Part shown: positions 22,000 to 30,488 of the stretch, piece after piece
Numbering within the stretch: position 1 is the first letter of the stretch
How the letters are laid out: every line of letters begins with the position of its first letter
From: Bdellovibrionota bacterium
GTDB lineage: Bacteria > Bdellovibrionota_C > UBA2361 > JBGSMV01
Direction of reading: 5' to 3'
Length of the DNA: 30,488 nt
NCBI GenBank assembly: GCA_041739995.1
Contig: JBGSMV010000011.1
Span: 1-30,488 of the forward strand
Notes under the pieces: model-generated
What the model was told of the DNA's origin: nothing
Seen by the model: only the letters and a program-made list of their open reading frames with translations
Database searches by the model: none
Made by a program: the position numbers and the translations under genes

Positions 22000-22083
22000 T
22001 AAAGCAGCCGACTATTCAAAATCTGCCGATTCTAACAGTCCAGAATTTGACCGCACTGGCTAGACAAAGCTGACTAAAACTAA

Positions 22084-22223
22084 GGAGCCTCTGAAAAACG
22101 CTTGTTTCTATCTTCGTGCGCTTTGTGGTCTTCGTGGTTTAATCAAATGTAGGGCAATTTCTAGAGTTTATTTGCACCACTAAGAACACCAAGACCACTA
22201 AGAGTTAATTTTTCCGAGCTTCC
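22084..22223. mobile_element. 140-bp MITE with IS5-family-like ends and an internal 9-mer palindrome
   Basis: Ends GGAGCCTCTGAAAAA / TTTTTCCGAGCTTCC, flanked by a direct CTAA (22080-22083, 22224-22227); internal 28-nt IR 22111-22138 / 22176-22203. Confidence 0.7.
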
Positions 22224-22469
22224 CTAAGCCGACAAAGCGAAGGATGCCCAGTGTCTCTCGAATGGGCTTTGGTCTAAGCACTCAGTCGAAGCACCTTTCC
22301 TTCCAGGACAGCTCGGGCATCAAAACCCAGGCCTTACATCCAAGGACTCCCATAACATGCGAGGGCATTTGCAGCCAGTTCGGGGCTTTCACCCCAAGCA
22401 CCCTCGACTTGCCTGATTTTGGGGTGGAGAATATCCCTCTCCTGTTCGGTTTGGTATAAGGACTGCTCT

Positions 22470-23189
22470 ATGGGACGTATTTTTGAAAAACGAAAAGATC
22501 GCATGTTTGCCCGATGGGCAAAGAATGCCAAAGCCTTTACCAAGATTGGGAAGGAAATCTCGATTGCGATTAAGCTCGGCGGTGCGAATCCAGACGGCAA
22601 CCCACGCCTGCGCGCAGCGGTACAAACCGCGCGCGCGCTTAACATGCCAAAGGACCGTGTCGACGCGGCGATAAAGCGCGCCTCAAGTAAGGATGAGGCC
22701 GACTTACAAGAAATTCTTTACGAAGGATACGGACCCCACGGCGTGGCGCTGATAATCTCAGCTGCCACCAACAATCCCACCAGGACTGTCGGCAACGTTC
22801 GATCTTTACTGAGTCACAACAACGGTACGCTTGGCACAACCGGCTCTGTTTCGTTTCAATTTGATCACCGCGGTGTTTTCGCAATTTCCCCTCCCAAGGG
22901 CGACCTCGATGAGTTTGAACTCGAAATGATTGATTTTGGTGTTGAGGATATTTTTGAGACTGAGGAAGGTCTGCTGCTGTACTCTTCGTTCGAGCACTTC
23001 AGCGCGCTACAAAAAGTGCTTGAGGACAAAGGCGTTGAGACCAAAAGCGCCAGCATCCAGTACGCTCCAAAGAATTCAGTCCCGCTTACCCCCGAGCAAG
23101 AAACGGAAGTCGAGCAATTAATCGCCGCTCTCGAAGAAGATGACGACGTGCAGCACGTCTACCACAACATGAGCTACGGCGAGTCCTAG
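22470..23189 (+). CDS. yebC: YebC/PmpR family (TACO1-like) protein
   Basis: MGRIFEKRK, GGANPDGNPRLR, NMPKD, YEGYGPHGVA, TNNPTRTV, LEEDDDVQHVYHN. Confidence 0.96.
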   Translation: MGRIFEKRKDRMFARWAKNAKAFTKIGKEISIAIKLGGANPDGNPRLRAAVQTARALNMPKDRVDAAIKRASSKDEADLQEILYEGYGPHGVALIISAATNNPTRTVGNVRSLLSHNNGTLGTTGSVSFQFDHRGVFAISPPKGDLDEFELEMIDFGVEDIFETEEGLLLYSSFEHFSALQKVLEDKGVETKSASIQYAPKNSVPLTPEQETEVEQLIAALEEDDDVQHVYHNMSYGES

Positions 23190-23234
23190 CCAGCTTACTT
23201 CCCAGAGGATGCACCCTTTCCGATTGCCCTCAGT

Positions 23235-23277
23235 GACCTTGGGAGCAGGACCTTGGCAACAGGATCTTGGGAAGCAG
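23235..23277. repeat. Three diverged ~14-bp tandem repeats
   Basis: gaccttgggagcag gaccttggcaacag gatcttgggaagcag. Confidence 0.75.
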
Positions 23278-23420
23278 CTTCAGTGGAAAGTTGCCGAATA
23301 GATAGTTCGACCCGGGTACTGGAGTAGCCCGTAAATCTCGGGTAGGTAGAAGTTCAAAATATCACTCAATTTGAGCCGTATTTCTCACGGCCCGTTTTTG
23401 AGGTTTTTTGGAGAATTATC

Positions 23421-23624
23421 ATGGGCCCAGCTACAGAAAAGAGCGGAAGAGACGAAGACTGTACCGGTGGAAACGACACCACTAGCCGAGCAAAGGCCGC
23501 GAGAACATACGTTGCCACCGCTGCGGCGAAATCTCCATTTACTGACCTGAAGCCACCTACAGACGAGGAACTACGCGCAGCCCACCACGCACGGCCGAAC
23601 CGCGGTGGAGATGCAGCGATTTAA
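23421..23624 (+). CDS. Small hydrophilic hypothetical protein (67 aa)
   Basis: Good RBS GGAGA 6 nt before the ATG; sits alone in a ~650-bp gap. Confidence 0.5.
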   Translation: MGPATEKSGRDEDCTGGNDTTSRAKAARTYVATAAAKSPFTDLKPPTDEELRAAHHARPNRGGDAAI

Positions 23625-23677
23625 ATAGCTGCCACAACATCTGGGCAGCAGTTCAGTGATTGATCTCGCGTTTACGT

Positions 23678-23727
23678 GCGCAATCTATTAAGGCGCAATC
23701 TATTAGGGCGCCACCCATTAAGGCGCA
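23678..23727. repeat. Three 15-bp tandem repeats plus a partial unit
   Basis: gcgcaatctattaag gcgcaatctattagg gcgccacccattaag gcgca. Confidence 0.85.
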
Positions 23728-23805
23728 GTGGTACCGATTTGACTTTGACTCGCTGAATTTACCGAAGTCTCGGCTTGATTAACTGTGCGCCACAACTCTG
23801 TTTCA

Positions 23806-23826
23806 CCACTCTGTGTCACAGAGTGG
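23806..23826 (-). terminator. Palindrome 10 bp downstream of the nrdB stop (possible terminator or 3' stem)
   Basis: ccactctgtg-t-cacagagtgg; no clear U-tract. Confidence 0.45.
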
Positions 23827-23836
23827 AAGAACCTCA

Positions 23837-24940
23837 CTACCACTGCAACGCAGCCGCAGTCTGATACTCAGTCACTCGAGTCTCAAAGAAATTCTTCTCC
23901 TTACCGAGATCAATAGTCTCGCTCATCCAAGGGAACGGATTCTTTGCATTGAACTTGGCTTTGAGGCCAATACGCTCACGACGGCGGTCCGCGATGTGCT
24001 GCACATACTCATGAAACATCGGATGAGTAAGCCCTAAGATTCCGCGCGGGAGACAGTCTTCAGCATACTTAATTTCCAGATCAACCGCTTCGTCAATCAT
24101 GTCAGAAATCTTCTGCTGAAATTCTGGTGTCCACAAATCAGGATTCTCGGCCTTAATGCCGTTGATCAGATCAATGCCGAAGTTTAAGTGGATGCTCTCG
24201 TCCCGTAAAATGTACTGGAACTGCTCCCCTACCCCTGTCATCTTGTTCTGACGGTGGAAAGAAAGAATCATGACAAAGCCACTGTAGAAGAAAATACCTT
24301 CCATAATGACGTAGTAGCCAATCAAGTTCTGCAAGAACTTCTGAGCACCTTCCAAAGTATCAGTAGAGAAGTTGGGCTTCAGCACATCCTCGGTAAGCTG
24401 CATCTCGAATTGGTCTTTATTTCGAATGCTATTTACCTCGTTGTACATGTTGAAAACCTCTCCCTGATCCAAGGCAAGAGACTCAACGATGTAATGGAAG
24501 GTGTGGGTATGTACCGCCTCCTCAAACGCTTGGCGCAAGAGGTACTGTCGACACTCTGGATTAGTCACGTGCCGGAAAATGGCAAGAATGATGTTATTTC
24601 CCACCAGACTCTCTGCCGTACTAAAGAACCCGAGATTTCGCATGATGACCATGCGCTCATCAGCGGTCAGTTGATTGGACTTCCACAGCTCGATGTCTTT
24701 GGCCATTGCCACTTCGGTCGGAAGCCAGTTGTTGTTACAACCATTTAGATAATGCTCCCAAGCCCACTTATACTTAAGCGGCATTAACTGATTCACATCA
24801 ACGGCATTGCAGTTAATCAGCCTCTTCTCATTGGCCTTAAAGCGTCGTTTTGCCTCTACGGCGCTCTCACCACCGTTCTGCTCTCCACTTGTGCCGCCAG
24901 TCGATCCTGTGTCCATGTCCTCAAAACTTAACGTCGTCAT
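23837..24940 (-). CDS. nrdB: Ribonucleotide reductase beta subunit, class Ic (R2c, Mn/Fe) type
   Basis: [61 protein letters not shown]. Confidence 0.96.
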   Translation of the reverse strand: MTTLSFEDMDTGSTGGTSGEQNGGESAVEAKRRFKANEKRLINCNAVDVNQLMPLKYKWAWEHYLNGCNNNWLPTEVAMAKDIELWKSNQLTADERMVIMRNLGFFSTAESLVGNNIILAIFRHVTNPECRQYLLRQAFEEAVHTHTFHYIVESLALDQGEVFNMYNEVNSIRNKDQFEMQLTEDVLKPNFSTDTLEGAQKFLQNLIGYYVIMEGIFFYSGFVMILSFHRQNKMTGVGEQFQYILRDESIHLNFGIDLINGIKAENPDLWTPEFQQKISDMIDEAVDLEIKYAEDCLPRGILGLTHPMFHEYVQHIADRRRERIGLKAKFNAKNPFPWMSETIDLGKEKNFFETRVTEYQTAAALQW

Positions 24941-24995
24941 GTTGTGTCTTCCTTTCCTTTGAAATTCTCTAAAATCTCCCTAGCGCTTCTTTTCC

Positions 24996-25025
24996 TAAGA
25001 CGCCCCTACTTAAAACGCCCCTACT
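24996..25025. repeat. Two 15-bp tandem repeats at the nrdA stop
   Basis: taagacgcccctact taaaacgcccctact. Confidence 0.7.
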
Positions 25026-28000
25026 ACTGACAGCTCTCGCAATTTCCATCGAGGTTGCATGCCTTTGGCATCTCTGCCGGCTCTCGGCGCTCCGGTTTCT
25101 CATCCACCGCAGCAACCAACACTTCTCCAACCGCAGCAGCGGCATCTCTATCCAGCACCACATCCGAAGAAGCCGACTTATTCTTCATCCAGCGCGGCTG
25201 AAAGCCCCTACGATTGACGTCCGTGGTGGACTTCTCAATCTGCGTTGCTCCAAGAGAACGTAGATAATAAGTGGTCTTCAAGCCCTTTCTCCAGGCATGC
25301 AGATACATGTCATGCAGCTTCTTACCGGACGGCTGAGCAATGTAGAGATTTAGCGACTGCCCCATGTCTATCCATTTCTGGCGACGGCTCGCACACTCAA
25401 TCACCCACTCAGGCTCAATCTCAAAAGCAGTAAGGTACTGACGTTTTATCTCGTCAGGAATCCTTTCGATCTCCGCTATAGAACCATCGAAATACTTGAG
25501 GTCATCAAGCATGTCCGCATCCCAAATTCCTAGCCGCTTGAGTTCTTCAACCAGGTAGGTGTTGTGCACCACGAACTCACCCGACAGGTTCGACTTCACA
25601 TAGAGATGCTTGTAAGCGGGCTCAATTGACTGCGCCACTCCAGTGATATTCGAAATGGTCGCGGTCGGTGCGATCGCCATGGTGTTGCTGTTACGCATCC
25701 CAAACTTCTTAATGGCTTCACGCACCGGCTTCCAATCAAGCGAGGCTGAGGTATCAAGGTCTACCCACTCCGCACCTCGCTCCTTGGCGAGAATTGCGAG
25801 AGTGTCAATCGGCAACAAGCCACGTTCCCACTTCGAGCCTTTGTAGCTCTGATACGCCCCGCGCTCTTTGGCGAGCTCGGTCGACGCCAGAATTGCAAAG
25901 TACGAAATCAACTCCATGCTCTCGTCGGCATACTTCACCGCTTCCGGGCTGGCATAGCTCAAGCGCTGAATGTGCAAGGCATCCTGGAAGCCCATGATCC
26001 CAAGCCCGATCGGACGATGCCGTAGGTTTGAAGTTCTGGCCTCAACGGTGGGGTAAAAGTTAATATCAATCACGTTATCAAGCATGCGCACGGCAGTGCG
26101 GACCGTTTTCTCCAGCAGTTCGCGATTCATGCCGTTGGCATCGGTGTGCTTCGGAAGATTGATGGACCCAAGATTACAAACTGCGATCTCTTCTTCGCAG
26201 GTATTTAGGAGAATTTCCGTGCAAAGGTTTGAGCTGTGCACAACTCCTACATGATCCTGCGGGGAGCGAAGATTTGAGGGATCCTTAAACGTGATCCAGG
26301 GATGACCTGTCTCAAAAATCATTCCTAACATCTTACGCCAGAGTCCTGTGGCTTCTATGCGCTTGAAGTTCTTAATCTCGCCGCGATCGACCATTTGCTC
26401 GTACTCGGCATAGCGTTTATCAAAACGCTCTCCGTACAAGTCGTGCAAGTCTGGCGCATCGCTCGGACTGAGCAGCGTCCAAGTGCCGTTCTGAGATACC
26501 CGCTTCATGAACAGATCAGGAATCCAGTTGGCGGTATTCATGTCATGCGCACGTCGTCGCTCATCTCCGGTGTTCTTTCGAAGCTCAAGGAAGTCCTCGA
26601 TATCAAGATGCCAAGTTTCCAAGTATGCGCACATGGCGCCCTTGCGCTTACCACCCTGATTGACCGCAACCGCAGTGTCGTTGGCCACTTTTAGGAACGG
26701 AATAACTCCCTGACTTCTTCCATTGGTACCCTTAATGCGAGCACCAGTCGCTCGCACATTGGTCCAGTCATTGCCGAGACCTCCCGCCCATTTGGAGAGC
26801 TGCGCATCGTCTGAGATACACTTAAAGATGTGCTTTAAGTCATCCATGACTGTGGTCAGGTAGCAGGAACTGAGCTGCGGATGGCAAGTTCCGGCGTTAA
26901 ACAGCGTCGGAGTGCTGGAAGTAAACTGACAGTTCGAGAGCACCTGGTAGAACTCAATCGCCCTCGCATTCCGTTCGGCAGGCTTCTCGGCCATGGCCAA
27001 GCCCATGGATACGCGCATCCAAAAAATCTGCGGCGTCTCGATTCGGCGGTCCTCGTGATGTACGAGGTAACGATCATAGAGGGTCTGTAGCCCGAGGTAA
27101 GTGAACTCGCGATCGCGGTCTAGTTCAAGAGCACCCGCAATCTGGTCGAGATCGAAATCAAGCAATGCGGCATCGACTCGCTCAACCGAGACGGCCAGCT
27201 TTAAATACTCCTTAAAGTACTCACGATGTCGCTGCGCTATCTCTGGATCGTTCGCCCTGCAACCAAATGTCTCTCGGTAAATCACATCCAATAAAAGCCG
27301 AGCTGCGGCGAGCGAGTATTCAGGCTCTTTCTCAATCTTTGAGCGCGCTGCCAGCATATTGCACTGGTCCACTTCGTGCTCACGGATGCCGTCGTAGAAA
27401 TTCTTGATTGATTCTTCGAGAATATCTTCGACTGAAACCTGTTTCAGCCCGCGGCAAGCGAATTCCACCACTTCTCGGATCTGGCGCTCAGATACCGAAC
27501 CCAGAGTGCCGTCCTTTATGCTAATCGCAAAAGTTCTGCCAGGAGCTGAAGCCTCTGGGGCAATCGCATCAATGGTTATCTGACGACGAGCAATCTCAGC
27601 GCCCGTTCCGGCCTGCGAGTCCCCGCCTTGCAGCGCGCTACGCTCTGAAGCACTTGTCCCATCCTCTGTGCGCGCCTTAGCACGCTCCGAGCGATAAATA
27701 ATAAAGTCCTTCGCCACCTGGAAGAAACCTTCGGACATGAGCTGACGCTCGACTTCGTCTTGAATGAACTCAATTTGAAGTTGCTCACCCGCACGCGCAT
27801 GCTGCACGCAGCGATCGACCACTTTGTTGGTGAGGAGATTTACTGCGTCAACAACAGTTTGCGGAGTCTGCCCCTGGACATCGAAGGACGCTCGAAAGGC
27901 CTTCTCGATCGCTGAAGCGATTTTCATGGGATTGAAACGCACTAAGGACTTTCCGTCACGACGCATCACGCGCAGGTTGCGCGGCGAGTCTTCACGCAAC

Positions 28001-28608
28001 TGTTTGCGCTCATCACGATATACAATATAACTTCGTGCTACTTCGTAGTGTCCGCTCTCCATGAGCTTAACCTCTACGACATCTTGTATGCCCTCCACCG
28101 TGAGACTTTTCCCTGATTGGGCCAAGGCTTCGCAATCCTTGGTAACCTCTCCTGCGATAGTCTGCGCTGTGCTGAAAATGTCTTGGGGCAACGGTGCCGT
28201 CGATGGAATGCCTTTGACTTCTCGGAACGCAGCCTCGACCGCCGAGAAAATTCGGTCACGACGAAACGGAACCAGCATGCCGTTTCGCTTCACGATGGTC
28301 ACAGTGCTCGAGGTTGCAGGGCCCGAGGTTGCAGCGTCCGAGATTGCAGAGCCCGAGGTTGCAGAGCCCGAGGCCGCTACACTTGTCGTAGCTTGGGTCG
28401 CTGCGCCAACACCATTATTTCGAGACGGCCCCGTGTTTCGAGAGGCGCCTTTGCGACCCAAACCAGAATCGACTGAAATAGTTTTGGTTTCTGAGGCTGC
28501 GATAGCGCCACGAGTAGCAACAACCGCTGCGGCCTCTGAGCGATTAGCGTCCTTAGAGTTCGTGCCCGCATTATCCGTGATGCCACCCATTCCGCTTCCC
28601 TCAACCAT
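25024..28608 (-). CDS. nrdA: Ribonucleotide reductase alpha subunit with three ATP-cones
   Basis: Cones starting IVKRNG, VMRRDG and ISIKDG; TPTLFNAG, LSSCYL, SNLCTEI, VCNLGS, APTATIS, TTYYLR, C-terminal CESCQ; RBS GAGGGG. Confidence 0.97.
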   Translation of the reverse strand: MVEGSGMGGITDNAGTNSKDANRSEAAAVVATRGAIAASETKTISVDSGLGRKGASRNTGPSRNNGVGAATQATTSVAASGSATSGSAISDAATSGPATSSTVTIVKRNGMLVPFRRDRIFSAVEAAFREVKGIPSTAPLPQDIFSTAQTIAGEVTKDCEALAQSGKSLTVEGIQDVVEVKLMESGHYEVARSYIVYRDERKQLREDSPRNLRVMRRDGKSLVRFNPMKIASAIEKAFRASFDVQGQTPQTVVDAVNLLTNKVVDRCVQHARAGEQLQIEFIQDEVERQLMSEGFFQVAKDFIIYRSERAKARTEDGTSASERSALQGGDSQAGTGAEIARRQITIDAIAPEASAPGRTFAISIKDGTLGSVSERQIREVVEFACRGLKQVSVEDILEESIKNFYDGIREHEVDQCNMLAARSKIEKEPEYSLAAARLLLDVIYRETFGCRANDPEIAQRHREYFKEYLKLAVSVERVDAALLDFDLDQIAGALELDRDREFTYLGLQTLYDRYLVHHEDRRIETPQIFWMRVSMGLAMAEKPAERNARAIEFYQVLSNCQFTSSTPTLFNAGTCHPQLSSCYLTTVMDDLKHIFKCISDDAQLSKWAGGLGNDWTNVRATGARIKGTNGRSQGVIPFLKVANDTAVAVNQGGKRKGAMCAYLETWHLDIEDFLELRKNTGDERRRAHDMNTANWIPDLFMKRVSQNGTWTLLSPSDAPDLHDLYGERFDKRYAEYEQMVDRGEIKNFKRIEATGLWRKMLGMIFETGHPWITFKDPSNLRSPQDHVGVVHSSNLCTEILLNTCEEEIAVCNLGSINLPKHTDANGMNRELLEKTVRTAVRMLDNVIDINFYPTVEARTSNLRHRPIGLGIMGFQDALHIQRLSYASPEAVKYADESMELISYFAILASTELAKERGAYQSYKGSKWERGLLPIDTLAILAKERGAEWVDLDTSASLDWKPVREAIKKFGMRNSNTMAIAPTATISNITGVAQSIEPAYKHLYVKSNLSGEFVVHNTYLVEELKRLGIWDADMLDDLKYFDGSIAEIERIPDEIKRQYLTAFEIEPEWVIECASRRQKWIDMGQSLNLYIAQPSGKKLHDMYLHAWRKGLKTTYYLRSLGATQIEKSTTDVNRRGFQPRWMKNKSASSDVVLDRDAAAAVGEVLVAAVDEKPERREPAEMPKACNLDGNCESCQ
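28303..28377. repeat. Five 15-bp in-frame tandem repeats in the nrdA 5' extension
   Basis: agtgctcgaggttgc agggcccgaggttgc agcgtccgagattgc agagcccgaggttgc agagcccgaggccgc. Confidence 0.9.
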
Positions 28609-28749
28609 TACGACCCCTCTAGGTGAAATAAAAATTCAATAAAATCAGCTTACTATCTATCTATTCCACAACTCTCAGCGCAGCGCGCCCACTAGCCCAT
28701 CGCTCCGGTCTACAGACAGAACCCAGTGGCGTAAGGCCGAACTCACTAA

Positions 28750-28797
28750 ACACAACATGTAGTGGTAAGATGCAATCTCTACCACAAGATGTATGGA
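28750..28797. promoter_or_regulatory. Tandem NrdR boxes upstream of nrdA
   Basis: ACACAACATGTAGTGG (28750-28765) and CCACAAGATGTATGGA (28782-28797), 32 bp apart, matching consensus acaCwAtATaTwGtgt. Confidence 0.85.
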
Positions 28798-29263
28798 TTT
28801 TGTAGGAGAAGTAAATACGGAATCGCGTAAGCTACTGAACACCTCGGTGAGAGGATCAGATAAGCGACTAGAATGACTTCAAACTATCTTTCAAAACGCC
28901 GTCTCAAGTGCGTAATTGTGTCGTCTAGACGCACCCCTAGTTCCCCACAACGCTGTGCGTATCTCTGATAACTATCTGTTATTATTGTTACTAATATAAC
29001 TCTAACACAAAGTAGCCCCGATCGGCCGGTTAGCCCAACCGATCAGTAATCAAGTCTGCAATATGCAACGCTTGGGGCCCTATAAGAAAAATCAATCCGA
29101 ACCATGCATTGTTAGAGTCTAGGTCATGGAAGTATTTGACGATAACTCATTAGAGGTGCGGGGCCCTGGGATTCCAGAGCGCCATCCGAGCTAGCGGACC
29201 TTCTGTTGGGTTCGGCAGTTCGCGAGCTGTTAGGGAAGACACTCGAAGCGGAGCTTTTAATAA

Positions 29264-30331
29264 ATGAACCACGACCTGGCCAAGGATCGCCTCATCACTC
29301 ATGCGGTAACCAACTACCTTGCCGCCGCATACCAAGGGATTTTCTCTTTCTCAAATATCTTGGGGCAGCTCGAGCACTCCGAGTTTTCTGAACCGACGCT
29401 CATCACGGCTCAGAAGAACCTCTCGAAGGTTCATGCCTGGACCGCTCAGCTCTTCCAGGATGAATGCCTGCTCTCCGCCTCTTGGACCAGCGCCGAAAGC
29501 TTCGAAGCACAAGACGCTCTTGCCATGCTTGATCAGCTCAAGCCCTCGCTCTATGAAGCCGCGAGTTCCACCACACGAGTACTTTCGCTGGCATCAGTTC
29601 CAGAATCCGCTGACATAGGCCTGATTTTAGCGTTGCACGCTCGCCATGCATATTCACGAGACACCTACGTGCGTGGGTTCCTAGAGTACGGCGAACGCTT
29701 CTCATTGATAGAGATGCAAAAACGCTACGAAGGTTTTCTTCCTGAACTGACCATGGAGCTACAGAGAAACCAGCAGCTGCTCGCCGCTTTAAAAAAAGCG
29801 AATGGCGATCGATCCCTTCTACCCAACGAATTCTTTCCACTTCTATTCCAAACCTCTGTGGCACTTCCTGCATTTTTTCGAAGCCACATTCACGACATCA
29901 ATCAACTGCTTTCGCAGTTCAAAGGTGGCTTGACGTGGACCACCGCTGAGTTCACCAAAGCAGAAACCGACCTTTGGACCAGCGCCGGACTCGGTCCCGC
30001 AGCGGCTGGATACTTCCGTGCATTTGCGATGGGTCCCGAAGAAGCCGGTGCCTGGCGCGATGCTGGAATATTCGACGCGACTGCTGCAATCGACTGGAAA
30101 AGAGGGGGATTCTCGCCTGAATCTTCTGCGGGCTGGATAAAGGAGAAGATTCCTCCGCCGCTGGCCTTCATATGGTCAAGAAGCAACTACACCCCCGAAG
30201 AGGCGAAAGAATTCCTTGAAAAGGGCACTATGGAGCCACCTCCTAAGAAGGCAGCGCCGGTAAAATCAAAGCCGCCCGCTGCTGATGCCAAAACTCCTCC
30301 GAAGAAGATGTCGTATCCTAAAAAGATGTAG
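29264..30331 (+). CDS. Hypothetical protein: helical N-domain, seven ~13-aa Trp/Gly repeats, Pro/Lys tail
   Basis: 355 aa; GGAG upstream of the ATG; repeats encoded at 29951-30226. Confidence 0.8.
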   Translation: MNHDLAKDRLITHAVTNYLAAAYQGIFSFSNILGQLEHSEFSEPTLITAQKNLSKVHAWTAQLFQDECLLSASWTSAESFEAQDALAMLDQLKPSLYEAASSTTRVLSLASVPESADIGLILALHARHAYSRDTYVRGFLEYGERFSLIEMQKRYEGFLPELTMELQRNQQLLAALKKANGDRSLLPNEFFPLLFQTSVALPAFFRSHIHDINQLLSQFKGGLTWTTAEFTKAETDLWTSAGLGPAAAGYFRAFAMGPEEAGAWRDAGIFDATAAIDWKRGGFSPESSAGWIKEKIPPPLAFIWSRSNYTPEEAKEFLEKGTMEPPPKKAAPVKSKPPAADAKTPPKKMSYPKKM

Positions 30332-30390
30332 CGGCCTGAACGCCCTAAGAAGTCTTCGTACCCCCTCAAAAGAAACACGTGCCTACGGAG

Positions 30391-30456
30391 AGCCTCACAA
30401 TTAGGTGTTACCGAAGGAGCCTTGATCTGAAGCCTCGTAATTGGATGTTACCGAAG
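30391..30456. repeat. Diverged 26-bp direct repeat with a 40-bp period
   Basis: agcctcacaattaggtgttaccgaag / agcctcgtaattggatgttaccgaag. Confidence 0.75.
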
Positions 30457-30488
30457 CATGCTTAAGCACCTGTCTTAACTGGGAGCGA

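Noticed and set aside
23632..23647. NrdR-box-like CCACAACATCTGGGCA
   Set aside because: Single, degenerate right half, and downstream of the operon
24932..24947. ACACAACATG at the nrdB start, identical to the first 10 nt of NrdR box 1
   Set aside because: Right half absent; probably coincidental with the start codon
28061..28642. 193-aa plus-strand ORF with EPEVA repeats
   Set aside because: Antisense shadow of nrdA; the repeats come from the same 15-bp array
28609..29263. AT-rich 655-bp intergenic region as a replication origin
   Set aside because: No good TTATCCACA clusters; explained as a divergent promoter region with NrdR boxes
30391..30456. CRISPR array
   Set aside because: Only two imperfect units, a 14-nt spacer and no cas genes

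Overview
Bacterial chromosomal segment made mostly of housekeeping genes with several orphan ORFs. No rRNA, tRNA, CRISPR array, transposase or intact integrase was recognised. Recognisable genes are htpX, a DoxX-family membrane protein, B12-dependent metH, a tandem-receiver response regulator with a stand-alone Hpt protein, an O-antigen-ligase-like protein, two adjacent FabH/KAS III paralogs, SURF1, a CusF-like copper-binding protein, pdxH, yebC and an nrdAB operon with tandem NrdR boxes. Five things stand out. (1) NrdB has the Glu/Phe signature of Chlamydia-type class Ic (Mn/Fe) ribonucleotide reductase, and NrdA has three ATP-cones plus a repeat-expanded N-terminal tail. (2) One KAS III is catalytically intact and its neighbour has lost all three triad residues, suggesting a PqsBC-like heterodimer. 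(3) Two unannotated intergenic rod-with-central-bubble structures (5228-5394 and 13542-13770) have strand-biased G-U pairs and are candidate 6S-like or novel ncRNAs, or MITEs. (4) There is an IS5-like MITE with a CTAA target duplication, and a diverged ~91-bp direct repeat flanks the DoxX gene. (5) Short 13-15-bp tandem micro-duplications recur in and next to genes. All calls come from motif recognition and manual pairing; no searches were run.
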